This document shows positions 61,901 through 64,000 of a DNA stretch of 64,000 nt, piece after piece. The position numbers and the translations under genes were made by a program. Source of the stretch: Takakia lepidozioides (Eukaryota; Plantae; Bryophyta); NCBI GenBank assembly GCA_030704615.1, contig CM060731.1, positions 67,022,001 through 67,086,000 on the forward strand. The letters run 5' to 3'. The notes below the pieces were generated by a model. It saw nothing but the letters and a program-made list of their open reading frames with translations, ran no database searches and was not told the origin of the DNA. Position 1 is the stretch's first letter; each line of letters begins with the position of its first letter.

Positions 61901-63370
61901 AAGTTGAGATGTTTGTGGCCAAGAACTTAGATGTTTTCAGCTTGGGATCTACTGATTTGGGACGCACTCCCATCCTTCAGCATGATATCATCACTGAGGA
62001 CCTCCTATTAAGTAATTTGCTTACCAAGAGAGTGTCAAGGAGCGTGCTATAGTTCAAAAAGAAGTGCAGGAAATGCTAGATGTTGGTGTCATTAAACCAT
62101 CAGTTTCTCCTTGGGCAAGCCCAATTGTCCTGGTTGGAAAGAAAAATAGCACTACCTGCTTTTGTGTTGACTTCAGGAAGTTGAATGACATTACCAAGAA
62201 AGAGGTCTATCCCCTGCCCATGATCAATGAGATCTTAAATCAATTGCATGGTGCTACCATCTTCTCCTCCTTTGATCTTGCATTTGGTTTTTGGCAAGTA
62301 CCTCTCACTGATGCAGCAAAAAAAAAGACCTCCTTCGTGTGTCACATAGGTAAGTATCAATATGAGACAATGCCCTCTGGCCTCTGTAATGCTACCTCTA
62401 CTTTCTAGCGCCTCATGGATATTGTGTTGGATAATCTCCGCTGGGATGTGCCTTGATTTACATAGATGATATTAATGTATACTCAACAAATTTTGATGCC
62501 CGTGGACTGATCTGCAATGTGTGTTCAGAAAATTGCGCACTGCAGACCTAAAGGTTAAACCAAAAAAATGTGAGCTATTTATGCTTGAGCTGCATTTCCT
62601 TGGGCATGTCCTGTCCAGGGATGGCTTACTTCTTAATCCTGCCAAGCTTGAATCTGTTTGGGGCTTTCCTATTCCCCGGGATAAACATTGCATCAAATCC
62701 TTCATTGGTCTAGCTTCTTATTACAGGCGCTTCATTAAAAACTTTGCTAAGCTTGCTCACCCTCTAACCAAGGTGTTGTTAAAGGATGTCAGGTTTGAAT
62801 GAACCTTCTCCCAGCAAGCTATCTTTGACACCCTCCGCAAAGCCTTGTGTTCAGCATCCATCTTGATGTTTCATAACTTTGAATTACTTTTCCTGCTCAA
62901 GACTGATGCATCGGATGTTTTTATTTCTGCAATCTTGTGTCAAGTTGTAGAAGGAAAAAAACATGTAATAGCCTATGCATCCTGCCGTCTAGACCATCAT
63001 GAGAAGAATTATTCCATATCTGATAAGGAAGGTCTGGCCCTGGTTTTTGGTGCGAAGCACTTCAGGCAATATTTACATGGCAGCCGGTTTGTGGTAGAGA
63101 CTGATCATCGTCCACTAAAAACTCTTGTTAGGCCAATGGAGCTTCATGGCAGGAAAATATCAACACTGATGCGCGGACCCGTGTTGATCCTCTTGTTAGT
63201 AGGCCTTTGCTCACCTTGGATGATCTTGCAGCTACTGATGCAGCCACTACTCCAAATCCAGTTCATATTCTCAACCTCATTTGCGCAGATCAGCGACCCT
63301 TGGCCTTGGATTCTCATTGCAACTTGGCTGCATGGGGCTGGTCTAGCCTTTCTTGATGATCCTGGTTGAT
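58989..63370 (+). mobile_element. Second degenerate Ty3/Gypsy element: gag, zinc knuckle, protease, RT, RNase H; truncated before integrase
   Basis: gag-like ORF 58989-59645, CYICGSFEHW knuckle, IVDTGC protease, SPWASPIVLV...CVDFRKLN...YPLPMI (RT), LKTDASD...IAYAS...ETDHRPL (RNase H). Confidence 0.92.
60320..61168. mobile_element. Complete non-autonomous CACTA (En/Spm) DNA transposon, 849 bp
   Basis: TIRs CACTACAACAGATCGCGGTA / TACCGCAATCTGTTGTAGTG (19/20 match), 3-bp TSD TGG (60317-60319, 61169-61171), many subterminal ATGACT/AGTCAT repeats, no transposase. Confidence 0.96.
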
Positions 63371-63767
63371 TTGCTCATGTGCTAGTATGTATGGTGGACC
63401 TAAAGCTTAGTGAGAATTCGGATAGTTTGGTGGAAGTTCCTTGACATGTTCCAGCTCTTCTCTTTCCTAGGCTCCCGAGTTTGTTGTAATTCAACTGCTG
63501 CACTCCGGTGTGACTTTGGCTTGAACTTCAAGGCCTGATTTGGCTATCCATGAGTAGTAACAAATGAGGTGAAGAGAATCCCTCGCTGGAGATCATAGGT
63601 GCGGGCACTCCAGTCCACCTTCACTAAAGCCGATTGTCTATCTCTTATGTGCAGTGCAGTCATGGATGATCAGCTACATATTGCGCTACTCCTGCGATGC
63701 CAAATTGGGCGTTCGTCAACCGGCCTTTCTGAATCATTGCATAAACAAATTCTCTATCATGTGTCTA

Positions 63768-64000
63768 CACTACAACAGATGAGCGTTTTTATGACTTCAC
63801 ATATGACTATTTTTTCAGTCTTATATGCGTTCATGACTACATCACTCTGTAGTGAAAAAAGCCCTGTCATAGCGACTAGTCTTTAGGACTGCGTTTTGCA
63901 AGTCATATCCATGACTGCTTGCGTGGCACCTGGAGTCCTGCTGCAGAGAGGGTTGCAGTCACAACTATATGACTAATATATGACTACATTGTCTGTTGAG
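63768..64000. mobile_element. Left end of a related CACTA element, running out of the window
   Basis: Starts CACTACAACAGAT (13 nt identical to the TIR at 60320), followed by dense ATGACT/AGTCAT repeats. Confidence 0.88.

Overview
Eukaryotic nuclear DNA from an intron-rich land plant; gene and transposon content suggest a non-seed (bryophyte-like) lineage, which is an inference. Four apparently intact multi-exon genes lie on the + strand: the 3' part of NOT1/CNOT1 (to 14997), VPS36 (16209-21187), the plastid carbamoyl-phosphate synthase small subunit carA (39281-43436) and a core-2/I-branching (DUF266/BC10-like) glycosyltransferase (46688-52792). Between VPS36 and carA is a ~16.5 kb decayed accessory block: tandemly duplicated BAT1-like permease and DUF674 pseudogene pieces, an orphan repeat ORF, an unclassified element, a LINE relic and a PLS-PPR relic. 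The last ~9 kb is a nest of two degenerate Ty3/Gypsy elements and two CACTA elements. Highlights: (1) a complete 365-bp TRIM retrotransposon in a glycosyltransferase intron whose 145-bp LTRs each carry a tRNA-derived Pol III promoter module; (2) a LINE relic with a PCIF1-like adenine-methyltransferase-like segment just upstream of RNase H; (3) a Gypsy integrase ending in a PHD finger; (4) a split direct repeat that brackets carA and marks the accessory block as a probable later insertion. All calls are by eye, without database searches.
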